The translations under genes were made by a program, and so were the position numbers. Of a stretch of 64,000 nucleotides of DNA, positions 38,796 through 53,472 are shown piece after piece; position 1 is the stretch's first letter; every line of letters starts with the position of its first letter. Below the pieces are notes generated by a model. It worked only from the letters and a program-made list of their open reading frames with translations, was not told the origin of the DNA and searched no databases. Location of the stretch: contig OX597832.1 of NCBI GenBank assembly GCA_951406725.2, positions 13,268,001-13,332,000 on the forward strand. The letters are read 5' to 3'. This DNA is from Octopus vulgaris (taxonomy: Eukaryota).

Positions 38796-40863
38796 GATGT
38801 GTGCGTGTGTGTGTATGTATATATTAGGATAAGGTAAGCTGATCATTATATGACCTGCTGAAACTACGACTAATTCGTCCGCCTACTCCATGTTTCACCA
38901 TACGCACTAGGAAAACTATATTTTTACCCGGTGCAGTAAAATCGAGGAAGACAGAAAATCGTTATTCATTTCCAAAAATAAAAAGGAAGATGAAGAGAAA
39001 TAATCGGTTGAGGTAGGTACTTGAAGAGTGTCACGCTGCTTGTTATGACTTGCATCTTGTTTTGACGTCTAACATTTCAAATTTTTTCCAGTAACAGACT
39101 TAGTTTATAATATACTCGTTCATAAAAATATCAATTTTCTGTTGACATGTTAAGTATCGATATTTGACTATCTTTTCTAGGTATTTTAGTCGTTAAGATC
39201 GAGGGGAAGCTTTCAAGGAAGGAAACCTCATTATGGGGTGGCACATTCTGTAGGACTGGACAAAGCTCTAAATTTTCTAATGCTGGTCGTTCTCTTTTCT
39301 CTTTGTCTTCATTTAGACTGAGCGATTAGTCTCTTCAGTTGTTAAATAGAATAAATGCATTGAAATAAACGAACGTAATAGACAATGGATTTTCAGTCAC
39401 CTGAAGAATTTACTCTCATTTGGTTTTTAAATAATTTACATTTAATGTGCTTTAAAATACATCTCCTCCACAATTTGTGGATATCGTTGCTTTCAGGAAC
39501 TTCATTTAACCGGTGGGAAACTAATACGAAATCTAAGTTCAACAAATGTTATGAATAATTTACTTTAATATTAACTGTATAGAAAAATCTTTGAAATCAT
39601 GATTCGTCATCACAATCTGAAGCCTATATTTCTTTAAATTATCCAAAACTTACTACACATACATACATTCATACATAAATGCATACATAGAAACAAAAAC
39701 ACACGTGAACACGCACATACATATATGCATATTTATACATGTACATGCGTGTATACATGCATGCATATATTTATGCATATTATAAGTTCATCATACTGTT
39801 ACCCTTCAAAATATATTACACTCATATTCACACACACACAGACACATACACAGACAAAGAGACACACACACAGACGTACACACGCACGCCACCTCAATCA
39901 CCTTTTAAAATATTGGTTGGCGTACATAAAGTGTTTATCTAATGAAATCATGACGAACTGTTACTAAAGCACAAAGGACATTTTCATCAAGATTTTAATT
40001 TAGATATAAATTTGAAAATGGCTGGCAGCATCGGATGGGTTTGTAAATATAAAGTTGAGTGCAGTTTTGAAAATGAAATTCTTGAGGAGAAGCATTTATT
40101 ATATTAGTTTCAGAATATTCATAAATATATTGTATGTTTTTAGGCTGTATGAAGTAGAGTGTTAGTGAGTAAAATGGATGTTTGAAACATTTAAGATGTA
40201 TAGCTCCCGTTGATATTAATAGTTTGAAATTGTCATTCATTTTTTATATGCAATTCAAGTGTTTCTTTACAATTTACATTCTCTTATATGCTTCAGAATG
40301 AATAAATATGATTAAAACGGATTTGAAATACCATCGATCAGTGATACTTATGTATACTTATGTATACTTATGTGTAGAGTCATACTTATGAGTGATACTT
40401 ATGTACAGATTTGTTGAGCTTCAGCTTCATATGTTATGGATTGTGATTTATAGGATCCTTTCGGTATGGAAGCGATGGTGAGGTTAAATTAAATAAATTC
40501 TGCAAAATTAGCTATATTAAGCTTATGGTATAAAATAGTAGAAAAATCAAGGCTTTAGAAAAATGGCAGCCAGAGATATGACCTGTGGACTGCAGAGTAA
40601 ATATTGATCTTCAAATAGATTACTTCAACATTTATATCTAAACAGTAAATCTGAAATTTTGGAGAAATACAAAGTTCGAGGATTGAAAAGATCAATTAAA
40701 TATCTGTAGATATATTCATGTTACTTAGTTGAGCAACGACCGATGGAATTTGTTATTGTATGAAATGTAGTATTATAATGTCTATGCGGAGTTGTATGTA
40801 TGCAGATGAACATTTTGTAAAAAGGTTTGAGAAAATTTTAGATATTCTTTACTATGTACTCTG

Positions 40864-41300
40864 TTACTTGTTTCAGTCATTTGACAGCGGCCATGCTGAA
40901 GCACCACCTTTAATCGAGAAACCTGACCCCAAGACTTATTCTTTGTAAGCCTAGTACTTATTCTATCAGTCTCTATTCTGAAACACTAAGTTACGGGGAC
41001 GCAAGCACACCGCCATCGGTTATCACGCGATGTTGGAGCGGGGGGGGGGCAGACTAAGACATACAAACATATACACGCACGTACACACACACACACACAC
41101 ACACATATATAAATATATATATACATATATACGACTGGATCCTTTTCAGTTTTCGTCTACCAAATTCACTCACAAGGATTTGGTCGGCCCGAGGCTATAG
41201 TTGAAGGCACTTGCTCAATGTGCCACGCAGTGGGAATGAACCCGGAACCATGTGGATGGTAATCAAGTTAGGTACCACACACCCATTCCTCCTGCGCCTA
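40864..41300 (-). mobile_element. SINE family A, full length
   Basis: Match to the family. Confidence 0.9.
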
Positions 41301-42446
41301 TATTCTACTATATCTCAAACGTTTCAGTGCCGTTAGATATTCGGGTTATACATTACCGAGAGTTTCGCACAAACGTGTGAAAATCTGGAACCGTTACACT
41401 TGGAATTTGCATAATTCACTCTATATATATTATTGCCAAAAAGAAAAAAAATACCATTTAGAAAGAATTATTAATAGGATTTTAAGAGAATTATAAAACA
41501 AATTCTCCTGTAATCTCAAACTGATAGAGTAAAGGAAGATAATACATCCCCTTATTATGTATAAAATTATCCGATCCAGCTGGTAAGTTGCCGGTCTTTT
41601 GGGCGTAATATCCTTCAGGTTATAAATTTAAAAAAAAATTCATGTTTAATCGTTCTACAATTATACTGTTTTTCATCTAAACTATACTGCAATGACTTGG
41701 AAAGATGACATTCAGATGCAAATATGATCAGTACAGAATGGAGGATGGGGTAAAATGGGTCTGTTTAGTACAATAAACTTTCCTGTGTGACTTGGGCAAT
41801 TGGCATTAAGATCATCATCTAGTTGTGATTGACCAATGACGGGCGTTTACCTACAACTCTTCCTGACATGCGTATAGCTGGAGAGAATAATTCTTCGTAG
41901 CACGTTTTGTTTTAATTTATCACATCATGGTGTAAGATAAACTTCAAATCCCACAAAACCCAGACATAAATTTATTCGAATTTTGCTTTGTTGATAACTA
42001 ACGTCATTTTCTTTGGATATGATTATAGAGAAAGCACTTTTCATCATATGCAATCTTGTAACGAGTCCGCCCAAGAAAAGGTTCGGTACTTCACTCTTCA
42101 ATGACAAGCCTTTAGCAACTACTTGATTTATCTGAAAAGCGGTAAGATGTTAACGGACCCAACCACAAAGTTAAAACGTTTCTCGTTGTTTACGAATGTA
42201 ATTTACGACGGAGGTCGCAATGTGACGTGAATTGAAATGTTTTGCTAATTCTTATCCATTTTTCTGTGGTGTTTACTCAATGAAGAATTTCAGGAGCTTA
42301 CTATGCGGAGATCTTGGTCGTGCAGATGGGGAGAGAAGTCCCTTGCAAAATTGCTTAACATATCGTGGGAACGTCCGATCAACAAAGTTTCATTTCCATG
42401 CAGAGAACAAATATTTCTCTGTGTGTATTTGTGTATGCGTGTGTGT

Positions 42447-42496
<50 letters not shown>

Positions 42497-42497
42497 T

Positions 42498-42563
<66 letters not shown>

Positions 42564-42809
42564 GTATATATATATGTATATATATATATGCATATATATA
42601 TTTAATATATATATACATTTACATAAATATATACATAATTATATATATATATATACTATATACATGCATTTATGCACATGTTTACATATATGTGAATATA
42701 TATATATACATATATACACTCACATACACACATACAGAGACACATATAACTTACATATGTGTGTGTGAACGTATGTGTGTGTGTGGGTGTATGTGTGTTT
42801 ATATATATG

Positions 42810-43015
42810 TTGTTCAAACATTTCAAGTAAGCCTATATTTTCAACGAAAGGAAATCCTTCTGACTTTGGATTGTTTATCATACTGGTGCCGACTACCTTG
42901 AAATGTCTAAACCAGTTTTGGGCTACATGTTCGTTTAGACAGATTAGACCGTCCATAGCAAGTTGCCAAAATTCATCAATGAAATTCCTAAATACATTTT
43001 TTACTCAATCCGATA
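42810..43015 (-). pseudogene. Mariner transposase N-terminal HTH remnant
   Basis: [28 protein letters not shown] (cf. WFxRFxxGxxSLEDxPRSGRP). Confidence 0.6.
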
Positions 43016-43124
43016 TGTGTATATACATAGAATACGTCTGCAGCCATTTATGCATTTCTGTATGACTGCTGATTTGGCATTCAAGTGTTACACATCACTA
43101 GAAACAATGCACTTTTGCATTGTT

Positions 43125-43160
<36 letters not shown>

Positions 43161-43162
<2 letters not shown>

Positions 43163-44576
43163 TTCAGATGAATATGGTGCTTAAGTTGGGGCACCAGAAA
43201 GAAGTGCGGTATGATCCATACAATTTGAAAATAAGGGGATTAAAATCAAAATAAGCAACAAGGATATCGAGAGGTAATGCAGTACGATCATTTCATGCAA
43301 CTCCATTTAATTGAACAATTCAATCATAACATCAATTTAAATGCAGAACAATCCTCAGCTGCAGAAAGACATAGGATTTAGTTAAATTACAACAGATGGA
43401 CACATTAGTATAAGTTTACCTAAAATCTCCAAGAAGTTAGACAAGGAAAATGCCGCTTTAACTTCAGCTTAGAAGCTACTAAGGTATTAGTAAGAAAGAT
43501 TTGCTACGGATTTTGCTTGTCACGCTTTTATGGGTCAGCTTTAATTGATATACTAGTTTTATCAAATCCTTGTATATCTAAGGCCGTGAGAACAGGGGGC
43601 AGTGTCTGTTAGGGATACAGCTGAGGGAGTCGACAGCATTCATAACGGGTATAGTCATAAGAAAATCAACATTTATTAGAAGCTGTATCATGTTATTTGG
43701 TAAAGGAAAATTTAATTCAAGGTGTTAGCTGAAAATTAAGGTGGCCGGTCACTAGCAGATTATTGATAATGAAACGGGGGAAATCTTATCGTGTAGTACT
43801 ATAGTTAAATATTTTAAACAATATTGCAATATTGTATAAAGTAAAACTTCAGGGTTATTCAGAGGATTATTAAGAAGAATATTATAACAAAAGGATAAAG
43901 AGTTCTTTGAATACTTTTGAGTATATACCAAACTTTTACCGCCATATAGGGAGGAAAAGAAATTATCTAGAAGTAGTTTAATATTTATACATATTATATA
44001 CCTAAATATTAACTTAAACAGATGGTATCTGTGAATATTGATCAATCGGTATATACTGGTATTTAATAAAGGAGTATTGAGGTAAAAGAACATGCTAAAT
44101 ATATATTAATTAAATTGTAATCTAAGCAGTTTTATAAATATACCAGCATTGTTTTATATAAGCTAGAGGTGCAAAAATTAGATTTATTCTATAAATAAAT
44201 AAAGACTATTATAAAATAATAAATAAATAAAATAATCAGCTCGAGCAGAACACCATAGAAAAGGAATAAAATAGAATAATCACTAAAAACATGATTATGT
44301 ATATGTAGCTTATTAACAATAATAGAGACGATTTATAGAAAATGTACAATAATTCAAAGTATACTAAACTAAAAATTATATATTTTCTTATTTAGCTACT
44401 ATCAATATAGACTGATACCTGGTATTATCTAAAGGAGTATTGATCTTATAGGACATTCTAATTTTAAACTAATTTTTAAAAAAAATATGGTTATAATATA
44501 GGTTTTAGAAGCTATTAGTGTTACTTCATACATGATACTTATAGTTTCTTTGGGGTACTTAATTAGAATGGCTACT
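43161..44576 (-). mobile_element. Putative non-coding PLE-type element bounded by (TA)n, with a hammerhead near its 3' end
   Basis: (TA)n on both flanks; HHR at 43278-43363. Confidence 0.5.
43278..43363 (-). ncRNA. Type I hammerhead ribozyme, long stem II, GUA cleavage site
   Basis: Minus strand: TGCAG CTGAGGA [..CATTTAAATTGA / TCAATTAAATG..] GAAA TGATCG TA CTGCA. Confidence 0.75.
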
Positions 44577-44645
44577 TATATATATATATATATCGTTAGG
44601 CACTACACACATCTCCTTGTTTCTCTCCTTGTTTTTTCTGTGTCC

Positions 44646-44681
44646 ATTTCTGTAGAAGAGCGTAGGCTCGAAACGTAAAAT
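44646..44681 (+). ncRNA. Hammerhead-like variant (A6U), within pLTR-like fragment ~44595-44765
   Basis: ATTT CTGTAGA A GAGC GTAG GCTC GAAA CG TA AAAT. Confidence 0.4.
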
Positions 44682-45442
44682 ACTTTTTTCTATTCCTGAG
44701 CGTTATACTAATACATCTGATTGTTTTGTACACCACCTGTCTTCGTCTTCTGTTTTTTTTTTTACGTAAACTCTCCCGATACATATGTTGGTATCTATAT
44801 ATACATATATACACGTACATATATACATGCATATATGTATATGCGTGTGTGTACGAACGTGTATGAGGTGGTAGGTGTATGCATACATCTATATGTATAT
44901 ATGTATATTTACATGTGTTAATCCAATTATTTTCAGTAGTGCACATCAAGTATTAGGGTATTATAAAACATTGCAACTTAGTTTAGACTGAATTTGAACG
45001 CTGACAAAAAGCATGTGTTTCCCATATATCTATTGTTGATCGACCTATCGGTTGGTTCAATTAAGATATTTCTATGTATACACTCGAGCCACAAAATCAT
45101 CGTAGACAGTGGAGAAAGTTCTACAAATTTCACACTAGCCATTTTGCCATTCTTCAAAGCATAATTTTCAACGTGAAATAAAACTGAAAGCTTTCTAAAA
45201 TAGAAATACTAAAATAGATTTTCGAAACCAAACAAAAGTTTCCGTCTGTTTTTATCCTTCTGTCTTGTAAAGAATCCAATAATGGTATCGACATTATAGC
45301 TGATGCAATAATTCTTCAGTAAACTGAATCTGTCAATGCAGATATACTGCCTGAAATAGAGAAGTACGAACACGAAAAAGAACGTCTATTTGTTTGGTCT
45401 GTAGAGATTAAAGATGCGATGAGATTAAGTGTGTGTATATAC

Positions 45443-45496
<54 letters not shown>

Positions 45497-45654
45497 AGGT
45501 ATTATATATATATATGTATGTATGTATATATATATATATATATATATATACATACATATACATGTGTATATATAAATATGTACATATATATGTACATGTA
45601 TATATGTATATGTATATATATATATATAAGTATATATATGTATATATATATATG

Positions 45655-45688
<34 letters not shown>

Positions 45689-45822
45689 CAAGAAAAAACA
45701 CAAAGGCCCTTACATATATGTATTGATAGATAGAGAGTTAGACTTATAATTATAAATGCGAATATATATATATGTATATATATGTGTGTACATATGAAAA
45801 TATACATACATATATATAATCA

Positions 45823-45883
<61 letters not shown>

Positions 45884-46206
45884 ACATACATATTCCTCTG
45901 TGTATATGTATATATGTGTGTATATATATATAAGTATATATATATTTTAGTATAGACATACGCACAAAAACACCTTCATACACACATATAGACACACATT
46001 CTCAAACACACACGGTATATATTATCCTGTAACATAAAGTAGGCTTCGACAAATATCTTTCCAGTACTATCGCAATATATATACATCATGTACACAGAAA
46101 CGTTTACCGTCGCAGAATTACACATACAATATGTTTGATATTAGTGGTATGGAAAAAAGCTACATACTCATATATACATCTAAAATCATATAAACCTACA
46201 CACATT

Positions 46207-46264
<58 letters not shown>

Positions 46265-46293
46265 CACACACATGCAGCCACGAACACACACAT

Positions 46294-46325
<32 letters not shown>

Positions 46326-46810
46326 GCACATGAATATATGTTTATATATAAATATATATACATATATATATATATACATATATGTATATGAATATATATA
46401 TACACACAGAGTGACATCTATTCGTGTTTATATGTGTATGTATGTCTGTGCATGTCTGTGTGTGTATGTATATGTAAGTATTTATGTTTATGATGCCTGA
46501 GAGAAACCTATACTACAAGAGAGAAATTTAATACGGACGTACATAGAATATACGTCTATACATATGTATATATTTATCCATTTATACATTACTCTGTTCA
46601 AACAATACGGGTGCAAACAAATATGAAGAAATTGTTATGCATACATTGATATTTATATACAGAGACATGAAAGACGCGATGTAATCGCTGCTATATCTAA
46701 ATAGATCGGGAGATATATTAATGCCTGCGATACTTTTGAGATTTATGCCTCATGTGATGTTGTGATCTGAAGTGTATGGAGGCGAAATTTGAAAGCAATC
46801 CGCGCGTAAA

Positions 46811-46902
<92 letters not shown>

Positions 46903-46996
46903 CATATGAATATACACACGGGCGCACACACATATACACATACATGCAAACACACACGCACACACAGACATACATACAGACTCACACACACATTTA

Positions 46997-47028
<32 letters not shown>

Positions 47029-47099
47029 CATATATGTTTCCATCGTCGATATAGAGATGGTGGCTTCCACAATTTTGAAAGTTTTCTCAAAAGGCATTT

Positions 47100-49750
47100 G
47101 TTTCAAATAAAATCTGACAACCAAGTCCAGCTCCTGGTCAATGTGTAGATGTTAGACAGGTGAAACCATTTCATATTGACAGAAAAAAAGGGCAAGTGTG
47201 ACCTACAGACGCCCAAACTCAGTCGCGTAGTGATAGATCAATTCCCTGAACATGAAATTAAATCTGTCTAGCAGAAGGAAATTTCTATATAAAATCATCG
47301 CTGACAAGCAGGCTGGCACGAACAAGGCTCATCTCGATTATATTTGAAACATCCAGCAGCCCTCATCAACTATTTTAACCCGACCCACCATGACACTAAT
47401 CCCAATGGTCCCACTTTTGAAGGCGCGTGGGCCTTGTGATCGCAACACATGGTCCACCCTAAACAAAATCCTGCGAAGACTATATAAGGCTTGAATAACG
47501 GGCCTTTCCCCCCTTTTTCCCTAAGTCCAGTATTGATGGCAAACCGGATGACGGGAGCAGGGTTGTTCAACTGCAAAACCCTTTTCTCACGTGAAAGACA
47601 TCCTATTTATGAAGTTTGTTGTGAGAGTTCGGTAGCTACAGTATGCGACTGAGCTGGCCTATTTAGCATCACTGTCGCCCACCCCGTACGGGAAAACCCC
47701 TAGAAAATGTCGGGTAAATAACAGAAACTGCTCTTTCTTCTGATTAGCTTCGTGAACGACTACAGCGGTAGTAAAAGCAATAAAAACAAAAAATTTAGCT
47801 TATTGAGGAAACCTGGATTGTGCAGACGCTCCTAAACCTATATGAAACGGAATGACCCCACTGGTTAGCAGGGTGCTGAATTATTACAATGCGGACATCG
47901 TAGCCCTATCCAAAACCAAACTTGCTGGATAGAGCAGTTTTTTGTGAAGAATAAGGGAATTACATCTTCAGGAAAGTCTAAGAGCTTACGGAGCGGTGAT
48001 TACATTGTGTTTCTTTCGCGATGAAAACTTCAATATTGAGCACATATTATATGGTACCCACATTTGTCAGTGAGCGTCTCATTTCCTTGCCTTTCCTATC
48101 TCAACATCAATTACCTTACCTTGATCTCAGCTTACTACCCTGCCCTCGATCCAGGTGATGTGATCATTCTCTTTCTCTTTTACTTGTTTCAGTCATTTGA
48201 CTGCGGCCATGCTGGAGCACCACCTTTAATCGAGCAACTCGACCCCGGGACTTATTCTTTGTAAGCCCAGTACTTATTCTATCGGTCTCTTTTTTGCCGA
48301 ACCGCTAGGTGACGGGGACGTAAACACACCAGCATCGATTGTCAAGCGATGCTAGGGGGACAAACACAGACACACAAACACACACATATATATATATATA
48401 TACGACAGGCTTCTTTCAGTTTCCGTCTACCAAATCCACTCACAAGGCATTGGTCGGCCCGGGGCTATAGCAGAAGACACTTGCCCAAGATGCCACGCAG
48501 TGGGACTGAACCCGGAACCATGTGGTTGGTTAGCAAGCTACTTACCACACAGCCATTCCTGCGCCTATGATCATGTTTACTTTCTGTTCATGTTTCAGCA
48601 GGACCATTCAGTTCGTGCAAAGAAGAGACAAATTCGTCGTTTTGAGACATTTCAACGCCACATTGAGACGAGTTATAGACCTCAGGTAAATCTGGAAACG
48701 TGGGGTTTGGGTAGCTTCAACTCGTATCGAATACTTTTTCTTCGCTTGTGCACTAAGAATGAGCTGGTGATTACTAACATCATCTCCTCTTTTCCAAACT
48801 GACACAAAATCAGGTAGAATTAAGCGAGAGCAGATCATTGGCACATCCTGGTCTACGTCCTTACTAGATCCTGTGACAGAAGTACGCGTAACCCTCCGCC
48901 TCCACAGTGCAGATAGATGCTCATTTCCCCTTTCAGGATCTGGCTCCTAAACATTCACTGTTACAGTAAATCTGCGAAGTCATCAAGCCGAGTTGATGCA
49001 CTACATTGAAGGCCTACGCAATCGAGCGTGATTCCTCGCCTCGCCTCATGGAACTTCAACTGCAAGTACCACCATCATGAAGCTGGGCAGTCTAGAAGCA
49101 GATAATTGTTCATCCTACTTAAACCAAACACCAAGCGACAGTGGAAGTAAGTGGCTTTTAGATACATGCCCATCAAGACTGGTTTGATCGAAATGATGAC
49201 CAGATTACAAACTTGACGTCCACTTGCGGGAAACCAAGCATCAATGCCATTGTAGGTATCGTGAATTTCAGAATCTATGGCGGCAAGCAAAATCAGCTGC
49301 ATACAGTCGTTTGCGGACAACAGGGAACATAGTCATTTCTAAAAGAAATCCTTGGTCTTGTTACAAAGTAACTAATACACTCAAATCTACTTGTAGCTTA
49401 ATCTATTTTACAGATGATGAAAACTTACTTGGAAGAAACACTTTCAACTATCGTCAACGGACGACCTACCGCACTTGGTGAAATCCGAAACGTCGCGCCT
49501 AATATCCCACCCGACGCTGAATGTGACTTCCTCCAAACTAACTTGAGTTTGAAATGGTCCTACAAAGCATGAAGGTATGGAAAGCACCTTGTCCCAAAAA
49601 TATATATCTGGAGCTCTTGTCTCATATCTACTGTGGTCACACCGTGGATATCAGCCTATCTAATGTATGTGGAAGGCAGAGGCTTCTCCTGCAGGCGTTA
49701 AAGACGGGACCATCATTATCTTTAAGAGGGCGTACTGGACACTCCGGGGA
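47100..49750 (+). mobile_element. Decayed RTE-clade LINE (5' UTR, APE, start of RT), interrupted by a SINE
   Basis: TWIVQTLL; YNADIVALSKTKLAG; LTLISAYYPAL; WGLGSFNSYRILFLRLCTKNELVITN; HWHILVYVLTR; MKVWKAPCPKNIYLELL. Confidence 0.8.
48168..48568 (-). mobile_element. SINE family A inserted in the RTE APE region
   Basis: Full-length match; TGATCAT occurs on both sides (probable TSD). Confidence 0.9.
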
Positions 49751-49780
49751 AACACAAACACACACACACACACACACACT

Positions 49781-50130
49781 TGTATAAGAATCATTTTGAC
49801 ATCCTAATCAAAACATCAAAATGTTCTAGATATGCTGAGCCGGCTTCAAAATCAATGGAGAATGTAGAGACATCCCTGATATCCTTTGACGTTCTCAATC
49901 TGAATGCTAATATCTCTCCCGAGTATGCAATAGAAGGATCAAGTACTGGTTGGAAAACTATCCAGAAGAAATACAAGGATTCGTCAACAAGGAATTTGTA
50001 ATTGAAGCATTAAAATGTATAAGTACAACATCTTTGATATGAATTCCCACCGAGAGAGTGTGGAATTGCTATGGGGACAAAATCAGTACCAGTCGCTGCA
50101 AATGTAGTAATGGGGTATTTGGAATTGAAT
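49781..50130 (+). pseudogene. PLE reverse transcriptase remnant
   Basis: LISFDVLNLNANISPEYAIEG/KYWLENYPEEI..NKEFVIEALK..CGIAMGTKSVPVAANVVMGYLE. Confidence 0.85.
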
Positions 50131-50721
50131 CAAATTCCGCCCACTCACACTTTTATTAAAAGTAATATACAACCAAGTCCACTAATGATAATACTGATAG
50201 ATGCAAGATTATTTCCAAGCAACTACGGAACCACGAGTTAAAAATATTGGATGACCCAACTGAGAAATATGTCACAATTTACTGAGAGAATTGCTGCTCC
50301 ATTTTAAGCATGACGATTCAAAGTTTATCTATATATGATGTAGATTAATCTTTTAAGATAATTTTGTTCAGGGTGTGGACACAGCCATAGAGGGCAAAGA
50401 AGTATATATCCGAGACGGAGAATACTACTATATAGAAAACAAATCATTTACCCAAGATATAAACTAATACCATTACGTTGATAACAACTGTTAGAAGAGA
50501 ATAATTAATGACAATATCACGAAAAATATATTAAGTTGTACATTACATGTATATGTACAAAAAGCTATTATTTCAATGAAAAATATTTTCGAAATATTTG
50601 CCAAAAAGAAAACATGATTATTAATTTGCGTAATATGTATATGTTTTAATAAAATATATACATACGTGTTTTATGTTTAACACACGGACATGCAAACACA
50701 AGGACACATACCTATACACTA

Positions 50722-50769
<48 letters not shown>

Positions 50770-50868
50770 CAATGTATACATACATTTACATATTTATATG
50801 TCCCTGTGTGCATGCATTTTTATGTGTATATATATGCGTGTATATGTATACTAATGCGTATATATATA

Positions 50869-50922
<54 letters not shown>

Positions 50923-51451
50923 CACAGAGACACACACAAACACGGACAAACACAGGCACGCGCACACATATATATATATTTCACATCGCTATTCATTTTT
51001 TAATTATTTATTTGTAAGTACGCATATACCGTAATACGTGTGTTTCTCGGTCTGTCTAATGACCGTATACCTTAATACGCCTTGATGTGTATGCTATGTG
51101 TACGTTTGGTGTGTATTTGATAGAATACACAATAAACTAACATACAAATTAATAAGTCCATATAAGAACAGCACAACATCTCATAAGAAATGTCCTCACG
51201 TAAGACAAGAACAACAGATTTTTTTTCCTTCATACATTTTAATATTATTACAGCAAAACCTTTTCTTCTCTTCATTTTTTAATTCTAATCTATTTTCTTA
51301 CACATTCAATATTTCAACAACAGAATATTTAATGAATTTGTAAACAAATATTTTCTGTGATATTTATTGATATTAGTATACCTTTCATTACTTTTTAGAA
51401 TATTAGTTCATTGCAACAGATTTCACGTATGTATGTATGTATGTATGTATG

Positions 51452-51565
<114 letters not shown>

Positions 51566-51685
51566 TGTATGTATTTATATGTATGCATATACATATAAAC
51601 ACACATATATATTTATGCGTGTATAAATGTGTATGCATGAATATATATATAAATATGTATATGATGAGTAACTATATATATATAG

Positions 51686-51720
<35 letters not shown>

Positions 51721-51843
51721 GATATATATGTAAATATAAATACATGTATGTACACGAACATAAACACATATACATATATATATGTATATATTTAAATGCT
51801 TGTGTATATGTGTGTATATAGGTGTGCACATTTATATATGCAT

Positions 51844-51875
<32 letters not shown>

Positions 51876-52335
51876 CTGTGTGTGTGTATGTTCGTTTTTA
51901 TTTGTGTATTTGTATACCATTTAATTTTAATGTTATGCGGTTTTAATTCACTTTGCGTTATTCTTGTTTGTTATGTTCGATTACTTGTGTAATTTTCATT
52001 AGATTTCAAATCATATTAGCATTATTATCGCTTTTTATTTACACATAACTCAGCAGTTTATTTTCTTACCCATAACCATTAGAAATATTTCTCTTCCAGC
52101 ACATGAGCTACCGCATCGTGAATAATGTATGCTTGTACGTACGCAGGTATATGTGTATGCAAATATGTATATATGCCTATGTGTATATGTGTGTCTGTGT
52201 CCGTGTGTGCTGTCGTATACACACCCATATATACATATGTATCTACATATATATACACACAAATGTATATATATACATGCATATATACACATACCCACAC
52301 ATATATATATATATATACACACACGCATATATATA

Positions 52336-52465
<130 letters not shown>

Positions 52466-53339
52466 TGTATGTAGGAATTTGATTGTGCATCTGTATGTGT
52501 GTATGTATGTGTGTCTAATTTCTTTCTATATGTGACTCACTCTTTAGTCTGTGTTATTGTTTTCTCTCTCTATTTTCATTTTGTTATTGTTTTTCATTGT
52601 CTGCTGTGCTGTTATTGCGGAAGACGTATTTTACATTAATTAAATTTAGGTTTTCTGTTTTTATCACTGTCTTAAGAAAAAAGTGTACGCTATAAAAATG
52701 ATTATAAAAATATTGCTATCTTCTATCGGTACAAACCAGATACTAACTGGTGTTATATAATATCGGATACTATCCAGGTAAAGAGTATCCTGAATTATTT
52801 TGACGTTTGATGTCCCTCAAAGTTATTGCAACGAAAATTCGAAGTAGGAACTGCAATAGTAACTATGATAATGACGCTATGTAACGTATTTCGTACTCCT
52901 ATCCATTTTTTTCAACGGTTAGTTACGATAATAACAACAGCATCACCTAACTAGTTCCTCGGACATTAAATTCAATCTTTTCGACTTTTCTGGAACAAAA
53001 CAAGCTCAAATCTCTCTGCGCCTCCTCGAAGAAAGGACTATCTTGGGTTCTTTCCCTTTTCATGGGCAGCTCGATTTCTATAACTAAATACTTTGAAACG
53101 TCGTTTACTGGTAGAATGTGCCATATAGAACGTCTTTTACTCTTAGCGTTGCTGAGAAAAGTTTCTATTTGCGAAGCTATTTCGTGTTAAAGTTGTCGTG
53201 TTTCTGTAATTTCAACCAATCAATGATGTGTATCCAGCTGAATAAAATTACTGCTGTTTTTTGTCAATAACAACTTTCGGCGGTGCATATTTCGTTTGTC
53301 ACTGTTATTTTTGACATCGTTCGTACTGGTTTTAGCTCC

Positions 53340-53472
53340 GTGAGTAACTGGTACTCTATTTATCGACGCCGAAACGATCAAAAGCAAAGTCGACCTCGGC
53401 GGAATTTGAACTCAGAACGTAACCGCAATGCATTTTGCCCGGCGTGCTAACGTTTCTGCCAGCTCGCCGCTT
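53340..53472 (-). mobile_element. SINE family B, 5' part
   Basis: Core and head motifs present. Confidence 0.8.

Noticed and set aside
41700-42420. Possible pogo-like DNA transposon remnant
   Set aside because: Only faint motif resemblance, and no matching second TIR was found.
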